A stretch of 64,000 nucleotides of DNA from Nitrososphaeria archaeon (lineage in GTDB: Archaea > Thermoproteota > Nitrososphaeria > JACIWG01). The notes under the pieces were generated by a model, which saw only the letters and a list, made by a program, of their open reading frames with translations, was not told where the DNA came from and made no database searches. Where the stretch lies: the NCBI GenBank assembly GCA_050011875.1, contig JBEKIG010000005.1, forward strand, positions 1-64,000. Reading direction: 5' to 3'. This document shows positions 19,527 to 30,823 of the stretch, piece by piece; positions within the stretch are counted from its first letter, which is position 1, and each line of letters opens with the position of its first letter. The position numbers were made by a program, and so were the translations under genes.

Positions 19527-20591
19527 TCAGCTGACCAGTGGCGTATCGACGCTGGTGTTCCACCAAGGCTTAGTCCACTTCTTATCGACCGAGGGAAGGG
19601 CCTTCAGGATAGCCCCAGCGGCATCGCTCACCCTTGAAATCTGGGATTCTGTAAGTCTTTTATCGTGCAACCATTCTGCCCTTACCACAATATTTTCCAG
19701 ATTAAGCCGAAACGTAAGCAGAAACTTCTCATCACGCTTGAGAAGCGAAGCTAGCTTGGTCGGATTTACTCCATCCTCCTGAGGAGGGTGATCATGAAGC
19801 AAAGCGCACACATCCAGGAAATCCTTTTCCTCCAATCCTAATATGATGCGCCTTGGATCGTAGTACCTGTAACCGAGGATCCTGAACTCTTGAGCGGATT
19901 CCTTTACGAGCCCCAGATCCTTCGCCTGTATGTCATTGATCGACTGGCACTTGGACATAAGCATCTTCTCGAGGCCTATTGTGTAAATATTCCTCCTAGC
20001 CTCCGTGAACTCCTCCATGATCTCTATCCTATGTCTCATGTCAATCCTTCCAACGAAAATGTCCAACCAACCTACAATAGGATCGCAGTACAGGGTCCAG
20101 TCGACGCAATGAATGCGAAACCTGTCACCGGCTCGGATTGCGTTAAACCTTCGGTCTCCCTGGGTCAGGAAGTGATGATACCTTGTGCCCGCCACATATG
20201 AAAGGAGCGAAAGTAACTTGGTGAACTTCGAACCCTCACTTTTTGGGACTACAAAATCTAGGTCATTTACCTTCCTTTCCATGGGGCCGAAGGGTTTATT
20301 GGCTACTGGGCAGAGCATCTTAACCGCTGCCCCGCCCAAGAGTAGAGGGGTGACCGGCGTTGAAATTCCAGTACCGCCCATGACAGATCCCAGGATACGC
20401 GAAGCGTTAAATGAGGCCCAAATTGAAACGCAGGCTCTCTCTATGGCTGGAACAGCTAAATCAACGTAATCGGGAAGACCCAGCTCCTTTGCCACGGTCG
20501 TCACGTCAACGAGACAGGAGGGGAGCTTATCTAACTGGTACAGTGTGCCGTCTGGATCACGATACAGAATTATCTTTTTGCTGCCCTCCAA
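19527..20591 (-). CDS. Nucleotidyltransferase-fold hypothetical protein
   Basis: LLLGGAAV...RKVNDLDFVV (hGG...DxD). Confidence 0.65.
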   Translation of the reverse strand: MEGSKKIILYRDPDGTLYQLDKLPSCLVDVTTVAKELGLPDYVDLAVPAIERACVSIWASFNASRILGSVMGGTGISTPVTPLLLGGAAVKMLCPVANKPFGPMERKVNDLDFVVPKSEGSKFTKLLSLLSYVAGTRYHHFLTQGDRRFNAIRAGDRFRIHCVDWTLYCDPIVGWLDIFVGRIDMRHRIEIMEEFTEARRNIYTIGLEKMLMSKCQSINDIQAKDLGLVKESAQEFRILGYRYYDPRRIILGLEEKDFLDVCALLHDHPPQEDGVNPTKLASLLKRDEKFLLTFRLNLENIVVRAEWLHDKRLTESQISRVSDAAGAILKALPSVDKKWTKPWWNTSVDTPLVS

Positions 20592-20669
20592 GGCACTCGT
20601 ATCTTTTGAAGGTTTATGTTATTAAAAGTATAGCGAAAGATTTATAACTAAATTTTTGGAGGGTTATTT

Positions 20670-22235
20670 ATGACTGAAAAGTCAGACGTTTTTATTAGGC
20701 AAAGTACAGGTCTGGTTAAGAACGTTTCTTTTTTTGATGCTGTCGCCCTCAACATAAGCAATATGTCGGGGGGAGCCGCCCTCGCCACCATTGGCCTGAC
20801 AATGGTGTTGTTTCCCATTATCGGCATATCTGTGACTGGAATGAACCTTGTTTACGGTTCAATCCTGGCATTCCTATTTTCAATACCTCAGATTATCGTC
20901 TACACCATAATGACAAGACGTCTCTCACGAACTGGAGGTGACTACATTTGGGTTTCAAGAACCCTCGGCGGCATGTTCGGAAGTGCTTTATCTTTTATGG
21001 GTTACACGCTCGAGACACTGGCCTACCTCGCCTTGATAGTGCTATCGGCGGTCTTCGCTGTTGGCTCGGTTGGTGTTATCATGGGGAATGGAGGGTTCTT
21101 AGGCTTAGCCCTTCCAGGTAGCATCCCAGGAGCGGACACAACATCGCAGTTTCTGCTGGGAAGCCTCATATTTCTTGTACTGGTGCTCTTAAACATATTC
21201 AAGCCGAAGGCTGGTTACAAGTTGGTCTCCATACTGACGATCGTTGGGGTGGCTACTCTTCTCATCGCTGTAGCAGTTATCCTGGGAGCGGGTAAGGAGG
21301 GCGTAGTTAGCTACGCAAACTCCATAGCCAGTTCGTCCAATAATGCGAACTTGACCTATAATGCTATATCAGGTTCCTATAGTGGGACTTCCTTCGATTT
21401 TGGTGCGACCCTCCTCCTGCTTCCGTTCTTTGCCATCTTTGTCTACCCTTGGCTGAACGCTGGTCCTGCGGTTGCTTCCGAGATCAGAGGTAGGAAGGCC
21501 ATTAAGTGGAATGTACCGTTGGCGTCTTTCATCATCTTCGCCCTAGTCACCGGCGGTTTCGCTGTAATGTATTACGTAGGCGGAGTCCCGTTCACTAACG
21601 CCGCACTTTCCAACCCCATCTACGTGTACGATAATTTCTTCAACTTTTGGACCCTCGCAATGGGCGTGACCAGCAACGTGGTCCTCCAGTGGATAATCGG
21701 GATCGGCTGGATAGTCTGGAATCTATCGGTGCTAGCCTACGGAATCATAGTATTCTCTAGATATATGTTCGCACAGTCCTTCGACAGGTTCCTCCCATCT
21801 AGGTTGGCCTACATAAGTCCCAAGTACGGATCCCCGGTCATCGTACACGTCGTTGACCTCGTGATCACTGTGGGGTTGATCGGCGCTGTCTCATACTACT
21901 ATGGAACCCTGACATCTCTCTTCGGGGCCGTCATAGCGTCTATGATATACTTCGTATTCATAGGTCTCGCGGCCGCGGTCTACGGTTCCAGAAAGGAGAA
22001 AGGCGGCACAAAGGCCACCCTCATCGTGTGCGGCCTCCTTCAGGCAGTGGTATTCCTATTCATAATATACGAGTTCCTGGCCTACTCGGGCGTCTGGGGA
22101 GGAAACATACTGGCCTACGGCTACGCGGCAGGCTCTTTTATCGCAGGCTTGGCTATTTATTTGACATCCAAGTGGTATCATGCGAAGAAGGGCATGAACA
22201 TAGACCTTGCTTTCAAAGAAATACCACCTGAATAG
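20670..22235 (+). CDS. APC-family permease
   Basis: FIRQSTGLVK, RTGGDYIWVSR, SRYMFAQSFDRFLP; many TM segments. Confidence 0.9.
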   Translation: MTEKSDVFIRQSTGLVKNVSFFDAVALNISNMSGGAALATIGLTMVLFPIIGISVTGMNLVYGSILAFLFSIPQIIVYTIMTRRLSRTGGDYIWVSRTLGGMFGSALSFMGYTLETLAYLALIVLSAVFAVGSVGVIMGNGGFLGLALPGSIPGADTTSQFLLGSLIFLVLVLLNIFKPKAGYKLVSILTIVGVATLLIAVAVILGAGKEGVVSYANSIASSSNNANLTYNAISGSYSGTSFDFGATLLLLPFFAIFVYPWLNAGPAVASEIRGRKAIKWNVPLASFIIFALVTGGFAVMYYVGGVPFTNAALSNPIYVYDNFFNFWTLAMGVTSNVVLQWIIGIGWIVWNLSVLAYGIIVFSRYMFAQSFDRFLPSRLAYISPKYGSPVIVHVVDLVITVGLIGAVSYYYGTLTSLFGAVIASMIYFVFIGLAAAVYGSRKEKGGTKATLIVCGLLQAVVFLFIIYEFLAYSGVWGGNILAYGYAAGSFIAGLAIYLTSKWYHAKKGMNIDLAFKEIPPE

Positions 22236-22244
22236 GGACGAACC

Positions 22245-23195
22245 GTGACACTCAGGCTATTCTTTGCCAGCGACGTTCACGGCTCCGAGGTCTGTTTCCG
22301 CAAGTTCCTTAATGCGGCCAAGTTCTACAAAGCCAACATCATCGTCCTTGGAGGAGACCTAACGGGGAAGGCCTTGGTACCGGTAGTGATGCTCCCTGAT
22401 GGAAGGTACCGGCTGACGGTGGACGATAAGCGGCTTATAGCGAAGGACAGTGCTCTTGAGGAGTACAAGACGAAGCTGAGGAACTCTGGCTTCTACCTTT
22501 TCACGACGACAGAAGAGGAGCTGGAGGAGATCACGAAGGATAAGAAGAAGATGGATGCGGTCTTCTTGGAAGCAATAAAGTCCTCTTTGAAGTCTTGGAT
22601 GGAGCTGGCAGGCCAGAGGCTTGGAGGTTCGGGTGTGAAGTGCTACATTTCGCCTGGGAACGACGACAGGTTCGAGCTTGACGAGGTGCTGAAGGAACGC
22701 AACTTTGTGATTAACCCCGAGGGGAGGGTCGTTGAACTGGAGGGTGACTATGAGATGATAACACTAGGGTATAGCAACCCAACACCCTGGCACAGCCCGC
22801 GAGAGGTTCCAGAGGAGCAGCTGGCCGACATGATAGGCCACCTTGCCGACGGGATAAGGGACCGAGCCAAGTCCATCTTCAATATCCACGTTCCTCCATA
22901 TTCGACGGAGATAGATAAGGCGCCTGCCGTCGATTCCGAGCTCCGCTTTCAGCGCCAAGGCCTAGGGTCGGTCAAGATGACATCGGCTGGCAGCACGGCA
23001 GTGAGGGCATATATAGAGAAGTACCAGCCGTTGCTGGGACTGCACGGCCACATCCACGAATCCAGAGGCTTCGTGAAGCTCGGGAGGACGCTCTGTGTAA
23101 ACGCCGGTAGCGACTACGGCCAGGGTATTCTAAGAGGTGCACTTATAGACTTAAATGGCAGCTCGGTGAAGGAATACATACTCACAACCGGCTGA
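22245..23195 (+). CDS. Metallophosphoesterase (Icc-like)
   Basis: SDVHG, GGDLTG, PGNDD, HVPP, HGHIHE. Confidence 0.92.
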   Translation: MTLRLFFASDVHGSEVCFRKFLNAAKFYKANIIVLGGDLTGKALVPVVMLPDGRYRLTVDDKRLIAKDSALEEYKTKLRNSGFYLFTTTEEELEEITKDKKKMDAVFLEAIKSSLKSWMELAGQRLGGSGVKCYISPGNDDRFELDEVLKERNFVINPEGRVVELEGDYEMITLGYSNPTPWHSPREVPEEQLADMIGHLADGIRDRAKSIFNIHVPPYSTEIDKAPAVDSELRFQRQGLGSVKMTSAGSTAVRAYIEKYQPLLGLHGHIHESRGFVKLGRTLCVNAGSDYGQGILRGALIDLNGSSVKEYILTTG

Positions 23196-24184
23196 CAACG
23201 TTTCTATTACAATAATAAGCTAACTCTTCGCTCCTAATCTGATAAAAAAAGTAGAAGTTTTCTAGTTGCGGTTTATGAACGAAGCTATTTCGTAGATCGC
23301 CTTAATCATATCCATGTGCGAACTCGGTGCAATCTAATTTAATTTTATTATTATCTAACCTTTTTTGTCAGCATATTTTTCACTGCTGTATTCATCATCG
23401 CGGTGACGTGAACGTTGACCTTTTCCGTGATACAACTCATATTAATCGGGATGGTGTGTCGAAGGTTAGGACTTTTTGGATGTGCAGGCTTATAGCTTAC
23501 ATCTTCCTTTCAGAGGCGGCACTTTCGATCTAGAACCCCACCAATTCTTCTGTGTAACTCGTATCGTCCGAATTATCACTGGTCTATTTCTAATGAGAGC
23601 ATTCTAACGTATATTGGTTATGTTTACTTTGTTAGGGTGTGCTGTTATTATGTGGAATTTGATAATGATTTATGGTCGTTTAAGAAAATTAGTTAGAAGA
23701 CGCGTCAAGATCCCAAATGAACAAGAAATAGAAAAGCCATATGAAAGCATCCGCTAAAGCAAATTGCCAAAAATCTGGATAACATACACTTGGAAGATAT
23801 TAATATAAACCATAAGACCTGATAGCAACGATGATAAAAAGCATAACCAATAATCCTATACGCCAACTATCTAAACTCACTCTTATCAGGTTCTGTTACC
23901 TCTTCGTCGGATTCTTGGTGGTGTTACTTTTCGTCGGAAGGAAAAACCTCCCTTTTCAATGATAGCTTAGTTTTTCTTGGTTTGGGGTTCTTTGCATAAT
24001 CAGGTTTCTTTTAAAATTTCTTCAACCGTTTTTAAAGTTATTTCCAAGTTCTGTTCATTTGTTGCTCTTGCAACTTCCTCGTAAGCCCCTTTTCACCAGA
24101 AGGTCAGGTAGAAAATGGCTGGAATAAAGCTTATAAACATAGTCGGATGAACTCGGATACTAGTTGGTTGGGGAAATTAAGGGT

Positions 24185-25540
24185 ATGAGAATAAAGTTTG
24201 AAAGATTTTTTCTTGTGTCGTTGACTGTTTTGCTGTGTTTGTCTTTGTTGCCTTCTGCTGTTGGGGCTAGCGACGATTGGGCGATGTTTCGTCATGATGC
24301 TGCGCATTCTGGATACTCTACCTCAAGTTCTTCTGGTGGTGTCCAACTTTGGAGCTTCACTACTGGAAGCAATGTGTTATCTTCTCCTGCTGTTGTTGGG
24401 GGTGTCGTTTACGTCGGCTCATTTGACGGCTATGTTTACGCTTTGAACGCTTCTAGTGGTACTCCAATCTGGGGCTTCCCTACTGGAGACCAGGTGGAAT
24501 CTTCTCCTGCTGTTGTTGGGGGCGTCGTTTATGTTGGCTCAGCTGATGACTATGTTTACGCTTTGAACGCTTCTAGTGGTACTCCAATCTGGGGCTTCCC
24601 TACTGGAGGCGCTGTGACTTCTTCTCCTGCTGTTGCTGGAGGGATCGTTTACGTCGGCTCATGGGACAACAGTACTTACGCTTTGAACGCTGCTACTGGT
24701 GCTGTAATCTGGAGCTACCCTACTGGAGGAGCTGTGGCTTCTTCTCCTGCTGTTGCTGGAGGGATCGTTTACGTCGGCTCATATGACAACAGTACTTACG
24801 CTTTGAACGCTATTACTGGTGATCCGATCTGGAGCTTCCATACTGGAAGCATTGTTTATTCTTCTCCTGCTGTTGTCGGAGGTGTCGTTTACGTCGGCTC
24901 AAATGACGGCAATGTTTACGCTTTGAACGGTACTACTGGTGCTGTAATCTGGAGCTACCCTACTGCAAGCGCTGTGGTTTCTTCTCCTGCTGTTGCTGGG
25001 GGCGTCGTTTACGTCGGCTCATGGGACAAAAATACTTACGCTTTGAATGCTTCTAGTGGTGCCAAAATCTGGAGCTTCGTCACTGGAGGTGCTGTTACTT
25101 CTTCTCCTGCTGTTGCTGGGGGCGTCGTTTACGTCGGCTCAAATGACTACAATGTTTATGCTTTGAAAGCTTCTAGTGGTGCCAAAATCTGGAGCTTCAC
25201 TACTGGAAGCTATGTGGAATCTTCTCCTACTGTTGTTGGAGGTATCGTTTACGTCGGCTCATGCGACAACAATACTTATGCTATTGGGACTCACACAAAC
25301 ACTATTACTGTAACTACGAGTGTTCCTAACACTATTACAACGATTATACAAACATCTACTATTTTCAAAACCATTACTCAACCGCCAACAACCGAGACTG
25401 AGACCGTTACCACTTCTGCTCCTGCAGTTACAGATCTGTTTATGCAGTTGCTTTGGATACCTCTGCTGGCAGTCGTAGCGCTTTTGGCGGTCGCCCTATT
25501 GCGTAAAAATAAAACCTCCCCGGAGGGTAAACAAATTTGA
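24185..25540 (+). CDS. PQQ-like 8-bladed beta-propeller surface protein
   Basis: Eight 40-aa (120-bp) units, Thr-rich linker, C-terminal TM; ATG 24185 by homology to the 11084 locus. Confidence 0.9.
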   Translation: MRIKFERFFLVSLTVLLCLSLLPSAVGASDDWAMFRHDAAHSGYSTSSSSGGVQLWSFTTGSNVLSSPAVVGGVVYVGSFDGYVYALNASSGTPIWGFPTGDQVESSPAVVGGVVYVGSADDYVYALNASSGTPIWGFPTGGAVTSSPAVAGGIVYVGSWDNSTYALNAATGAVIWSYPTGGAVASSPAVAGGIVYVGSYDNSTYALNAITGDPIWSFHTGSIVYSSPAVVGGVVYVGSNDGNVYALNGTTGAVIWSYPTASAVVSSPAVAGGVVYVGSWDKNTYALNASSGAKIWSFVTGGAVTSSPAVAGGVVYVGSNDYNVYALKASSGAKIWSFTTGSYVESSPTVVGGIVYVGSCDNNTYAIGTHTNTITVTTSVPNTITTIIQTSTIFKTITQPPTTETETVTTSAPAVTDLFMQLLWIPLLAVVALLAVALLRKNKTSPEGKQI

Positions 25541-25578
25541 AGTTTGCTGATTCCCCTATTTTTATATCATGAGCTTAA

Positions 25579-25700
25579 ATGAAGTGATTTAAGTTAAGCT
25601 TTGGGTACAGGTGGCTTTCTTTGAACCTGTTGAGATGGTTCCGAAAAAATCGGATGTAGTGTTTGTAATAAATAGATTGATAAGTCAAATGTCAATCAGG
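25579..25700 (+). repeat. Dispersed element, copy C
   Basis: See 10737-10831. Confidence 0.85.
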
Positions 25701-26063
25701 TAAATTCCTATGTTGCTAATAGATCAGGGAGGAAAAGGAAGGGGACTTTATCGTAGGGTTGACTAGGTGATCTTTAATATGCAAATATTGCAAAAGAGAG
25801 GGGCATACTAAAAGGTTCATTTGATCCTTTTTGTGGTCATGTAAGAATACGGGAAAAATCTAAACCTAAAATAAGTCCAAGCTAGAACTAGAATGAGGAA
25901 GAGGAAGCAGAGTTTCAAGTTATTGCCAAAGATCTGGGCAGCTGAAGGGTACACTCCGATTGTACTCTAAATGCTATTGATCTATTGGATTCGTCGCCCT
26001 CAGGTGAAGGAAGGAAAAAAGTTATAGAAATCTTTGAACTAAGTCTGTAAGTTGAAAACTGAG

Positions 26064-26549
26064 TTAGGTGGAAGGCGCAGACCTCCAAGACCTCAAGGCC
26101 TCGTACCAATAGATGGATGATGCCAAATACAGGAGTATCAAGAGCGCCGTGACCAACGGCTCGCCGAAGCGAAGGGGGAGGGAGACGATCGTAAGGTAGA
26201 TTGTGAAGACTGTGAAGAAGACGGCGTACATGACAAGCCTAGGCACCAGCAGCGTGCCCACCCTCAGGAAATCCCTCATGACGTCGACCTTAACCTCATT
26301 CGCGATTTCGTAGGAACCACCATTTTCTCTGACCAAGCCCATCTCATTCAGCTTGTTCAAGTGATACTGTGCAAGGGAGGGGTTAGAAAAGTGCAGGGCG
26401 TGCTGTACCTCTCTTACACCAACCTTTCCTTTCTTAAGAACGTAAACGTAAACCCTAAGCGTATTGCCCTTTAACTGCACTTCCACCTGCTTTGGGCTCA
26501 TTAATACGCCTGTCAGACCTGCATTTATTACCTTTTCCTGTCCGTTCAA
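26064..26549 (-). CDS. Membrane-anchored winged-HTH regulator
   Basis: LKGNTLRVYVY..VGVREVQHALHFSNPSLAQYHLNKL + two C-terminal TM helices. Confidence 0.85.
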   Translation of the reverse strand: MNGQEKVINAGLTGVLMSPKQVEVQLKGNTLRVYVYVLKKGKVGVREVQHALHFSNPSLAQYHLNKLNEMGLVRENGGSYEIANEVKVDVMRDFLRVGTLLVPRLVMYAVFFTVFTIYLTIVSLPLRFGEPLVTALLILLYLASSIYWYEALRSWRSAPST

Positions 26550-26632
26550 GGAAATTGAACATCATTATTTTAGCTTCTAGAGCACCGTTCAAAAATACTC
26601 TATTATATCATCACCGTTGCTAAGATGGGCGC

Positions 26633-27883
26633 ATGAGCACAAAAAGGAACGTAATAACGACAGGCGTCGTAACATTCATCGTATCGATGTTTATAATTTC
26701 AATATTAACATTCGGAGGATTTGGATTAATTCCCTCCAACGCAGTCAGCACAACAACGTTGACAGTTACAACCGGAACTTTATCATCTACAACTTTAACC
26801 TCAACGGCCTCTTCGAGCTATACAACATCGTCAACTACACCCATTTCGACAACTTCAACAATAACTTCTACGACCACAGCTACTTCAACAACTCCCATTC
26901 CACAAGGGGAAGGCATATTGTCGATACAGCTCACTGACCCACCTCACGTACCAATAGGGGTGACAGGGGTTTACGTCAACTATAGCGACATAATGGTCCA
27001 TGTAGCTGAGGCAAACGGGAGCAGGGGGTGGTTGAAAGTCCAATCGCAGGGGTCAATAAACCTTACTAGTCTCACCAATGTAGCTCAGACCATTTCAACA
27101 GCCCTAATAGAAAATGGTACATATAACGCCGTAAGGTTCAATATAACTTCCGCTCTAGTGACCTTCAACGACATGAACTATACCGCATTTGTCAGAACAG
27201 CCATGTTAACTGTGCCGATAGTTGGTGGGATAGAGGTTAATAGTTCAAGTACCGCCGTTACTTTGTTAGATCTACAACCGACGGTCATCAACATCGGTAG
27301 CAAATCAACTCCAGAATTTATCATAAGCGCAGTTGCAACAGCTTATACGGTACCCCCAACAGCTTATAGGGTGCCCCCAGTTGGTCACAGGATAAACCTG
27401 AACAATATAAACTGGTGGAATAGACTCATGGAACAAATCCCCAGACAGATCGATATAAAATCAGCATCTCTAACTCAGAATTCTCTTAACGTTGTTGTAA
27501 ACAATACAGGTTATGAAAATTTGACTCTGGAACTAGTGATCGTATCACAACCTGAAGCGATATCACAAGGAAACCTTATGTCCTCCTTAGCTGGAACAGC
27601 AGTCTTTGCAATACAAAAGAACGGAACACTGACACCACTAAAGGTAGTTCAGGGGATGCGTAAAGTTGCAGATGACTCTAAAATAGTCTTTGGAGGTTCG
27701 GGCTACAATCTTCCTGTATCATCAAATGTGGGACTGTCCTACAAGGGTGGGATAACACTTGGATTTGGCCTTCCCTCGGGAAAGAGTACGGTAACACCTC
27801 TTCAAATAACCTCTGGGACAAAATATTACGTAACTGTAGTAGCCGAAGGAGCAATAGCGACCTATCTGGTAACAGCAGGCTAG
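26633..27883 (+). CDS. DUF4382-like extracellular protein
   Basis: GILSIQLTDPP motif after N-terminal TM and Ser/Thr linker. Confidence 0.75.
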   Translation: MSTKRNVITTGVVTFIVSMFIISILTFGGFGLIPSNAVSTTTLTVTTGTLSSTTLTSTASSSYTTSSTTPISTTSTITSTTTATSTTPIPQGEGILSIQLTDPPHVPIGVTGVYVNYSDIMVHVAEANGSRGWLKVQSQGSINLTSLTNVAQTISTALIENGTYNAVRFNITSALVTFNDMNYTAFVRTAMLTVPIVGGIEVNSSSTAVTLLDLQPTVINIGSKSTPEFIISAVATAYTVPPTAYRVPPVGHRINLNNINWWNRLMEQIPRQIDIKSASLTQNSLNVVVNNTGYENLTLELVIVSQPEAISQGNLMSSLAGTAVFAIQKNGTLTPLKVVQGMRKVADDSKIVFGGSGYNLPVSSNVGLSYKGGITLGFGLPSGKSTVTPLQITSGTKYYVTVVAEGAIATYLVTAG

Positions 27884-28216
27884 ACGCCTCCACTCTATTT
27901 TTTGAACTTTCTAATAACAAACTTTTTTTGGATTACATCAATTGCGTTCACACAGGTGTATGCGACGCTCCACAAGGAGCCTTTATCGGGAAATTAATGG
28001 CACAACAGTGAAGTCAAGTGTTTTTTAATGAAATTTTACTCACGAAATCGTCTATCTTTCTAAGCAACTACCCTAGTGTTGGCGAGCTAAGATTTGTTCC
28101 AGAAAGAGCTTTAAAAAAATTGATTATTCTAGACAAGTTCTGGAATATTCAGTATTATAAGATTCTGAAAAGAAAGATATATAGGATATATCATAAGATG
28201 CTGGAAAGATAGAGAT

Positions 28217-28468
28217 ATGAGTTCGATGGCAAATCAGGGGAAGATAATAAAGGGCACTGTAACAATTCCAGTAGAATTGAGAATAAAGTACAAGATGTAC
28301 GAATACGCCCCGGTTATCTTTATAGGGATGGATGATGGAATCATGATAAAGCTCCTAGGAAGTGGTAATAATACTAAGGATACTAAAAAGAAGATCGTTA
28401 AAGAGAAAAGCGGTCAAGGTTATCCAAATTTAGATGACGAAATAATCACGCTTATCAAGGGTTTATGA
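28217..28468 (+). CDS. AbrB-like small protein
   Basis: KGTVTIPVELRIKY...DDGIMIK. Confidence 0.6.
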   Translation: MSSMANQGKIIKGTVTIPVELRIKYKMYEYAPVIFIGMDDGIMIKLLGSGNNTKDTKKKIVKEKSGQGYPNLDDEIITLIKGL

Positions 28469-28483
28469 GATAGAAGATTATAC

Positions 28484-28708
28484 ATGAAAATAAGGATACC
28501 AATGTCGAGATATCGTGCAATATTCCTAATCCTTGCTTTAATATTCTTCGGTGGTGTTGTCTTCGCCTACGCATATTTAAATGATATTTCTATAATGTAC
28601 CCTCTTATTGCCGGGGAAGGAATCTGCCTTGCTATCTATTTTGTCTTGGGTTTGTCGAAAAAGGGCAAGTCCAAACCTGGAATTAATACTGTAAAAGAAA
28701 AAAGATAA
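28484..28708 (+). CDS. Small two-TM hypothetical protein
   Basis: Two hydrophobic helices, basic tail. Confidence 0.6.
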   Translation: MKIRIPMSRYRAIFLILALIFFGGVVFAYAYLNDISIMYPLIAGEGICLAIYFVLGLSKKGKSKPGINTVKEKR

Positions 28709-29105
28709 AATGCTTTATCTTTACCACAAGAAAAAGACGACTATACAACTACTATTCATATTGCTGTCTCAAGTCATTTCTGGGCGAAAACAGAAAACAT
28801 GCACGTCCCTTGTAAATATTATTTGAGATGAAAAAGATATAGTCGGAGCTAAAGCAGTTATTACAGCATTAGAAGTCCCTAAAATGAAGCTTTACCTTAA
28901 AATCTCATCTTAGAGAAGATGATGGTCATCAGAAGTTCACGATAGACTTATATTGTTGAGAATATTCTTTGGCTATATTGGGGAGGGTTATCTCAATTGA
29001 ATTTTAGGCTTTTTCTTTCTTCTCTTCTGCTGTCCTCCTCCGTTCTCCTCCTCGTCATCCTTCACCCAAATCGTCCAACTTCGTATCTATGAATCGTATC
29101 CGTAC

Positions 29106-29864
29106 TTGTATGGTCTTGCGTTCAGGGAATCCATAATCAGGATAACCTTTTTCACGCATTCTGTTGACCTTTTGCTTCTCTTTATTATTACTGCGTCTGC
29201 ATTTTTGGTTCTCACCTTCGATTTTCCAAGGTTTCATGTTATGTTACCAGTTTGCATTTTATCTTTGGCAGTAGGCTATTATATGTCGAACCTACAGCTT
29301 GTGATCCCCTCAGCCATTACAGCCATAAACCTGTACCTCTTTTATTTGAGGGCAAGAGCTGAATCGTATCCAAGATATATCCTCTTTCCCCCTATTCTAA
29401 TTGCCATCGTAATAGCAGCAGCCTCATTATTTGAGCAGGTATCCTTCTTCATTTTAGGAAAGTATATCTTTCAGGGTAACGGCATTCAAACAAGCTGGTA
29501 CCTTTCAAACATCACCTACTTTCTGACTGTGCCCTTTCTTGTGATAATTCTATTCTCTTGGCTGCTCTGGCTGTCCTTTGACAAGACGAGAACTGATGGG
29601 AATGACATGACCGTGGGAAAAAAATATTTTATTTTACTCTTCACATCAGCTCTGGCTCTTTCGTTCATCATCCCACTTGTACCGTATCTTGCAAACAAGC
29701 CTGCGGGCATGGTCGGAGTCGACGCTAATAGCTACATGAATATCGTCGACCAAATGAAGTCTGAGCCCAAGGCGGCTTTTGGCGTGGCAATTTGGTCTTT
29801 TGAAATGGATTCCATCCATCGTAAAATTTATATACCTATCTGTACCACGCTACGTAAGTTTTAG
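29106..29864 (+). pseudogene. Multi-TM protein (glycosyltransferase-C-like), apparently truncated
   Basis: Many TM segments, GVDANSY; frame appears broken upstream and ends abruptly. Confidence 0.45.
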
Positions 29865-30110
29865 TTTATATTCTTGTTCACTTTTGGAAGTTCATATAGA
29901 TTTTTTATGAAAAATAAATTAGTATATTTTCCGCAACCTTCATCATCCGGTTCCGTTTAAATTAAAGGAAACGAATAAATTTGGACGGTTCGCACGAGAT
30001 GCTTGGGTATAACATTGAGGTATAACAACAGAATGTTTTTAAATGGAATTTACAAGAAGTGCAATTTTTTGTGAAAACAGAACCAAAAGGTGAGCGAGTA
30101 GACGAGTGCA

Positions 30111-30530
30111 ATGAATAGGCAAGAAATTTTCTTTAAAGTCTTCGGCGATCTGAATAGGGAAATAATGGCAAAGAGAAAGGAAAAGGAGAATGTAACTACA
30201 AAAATATATCATAAGAATTATGTATTGACTGCAACCAAAAGAAAAGGTAAAACTCTATGCCCAGAATGTGGGATAGTTGGAAACGTTTATCAGATAATAA
30301 ATTTGAACATTCGCACCAACCGTATCGCACAAACTACTTTCATTCAGCATTCTAATGGCCTTGAAAATTATGTGCATAAAACAGGATACACCTCTATCAT
30401 ACTCCCAAAAATATGCAGTAAAGATGTGCCTCTCAAGATCTGGAAGAAATACAAAAATGTTGAGAAAAAAGAAACATACCAGCATGAAACCGTTTCAGAA
30501 CCATTATTAATAGGTGAGAAACTATTTTAG
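30111..30530 (+). CDS. Basic Zn-ribbon-like hypothetical protein (virus/plasmid-like)
   Basis: LCPECGIVG...QH; Lys-rich. Confidence 0.6.
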   Translation: MNRQEIFFKVFGDLNREIMAKRKEKENVTTKIYHKNYVLTATKRKGKTLCPECGIVGNVYQIINLNIRTNRIAQTTFIQHSNGLENYVHKTGYTSIILPKICSKDVPLKIWKKYKNVEKKETYQHETVSEPLLIGEKLF

Positions 30531-30628
30531 AGGTACAGCAAAGCCTCAACACCAGCGAAAGGATAAGGGCTGACCTCGCTAAAATAATAACCAAGGCGGG
30601 AAGGTCTGGTGAAATAAGGTAAAAAGGA

Positions 30629-30823
30629 ATGAAACTTGAAGAATATCACAAAAAATATGGCTATCTTTCTGATGGGTGGCATAAGTTAAATCCTATTAAT
30701 ATTGTTTGCGATGAATGTGGAAGTTCTAATATTTTGTGGTTGTGGAATAACGGTGACGTTGTCGGCGAAAAGTGCAGAAATTGTGGCAATATAAGTCTTA
30801 AGGAAAGGCAAGAAGAAAGGTGA
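30629..30823 (+). CDS. Small zinc-ribbon protein
   Basis: CDECGS...CRNCG; stop overlaps the next start. Confidence 0.65.
   Translation: MKLEEYHKKYGYLSDGWHKLNPINIVCDECGSSNILWLWNNGDVVGEKCRNCGNISLKERQEER

Noticed and set aside
23300-24100. Short ORFs in the region before propeller locus 2
   Set aside because: Look like decayed coding DNA on the minus strand, but no family could be recognised
24340-25290. DGR-type adenine mutagenesis as the source of propeller variation (NNC/NNT codon pattern)
   Set aside because: Synonymous adenines such as ggctcA and the third A of act-nnA stay invariant, tgg/cag/gag variants do not fit an AAY template, and no reverse transcriptase or template repeat is in the window
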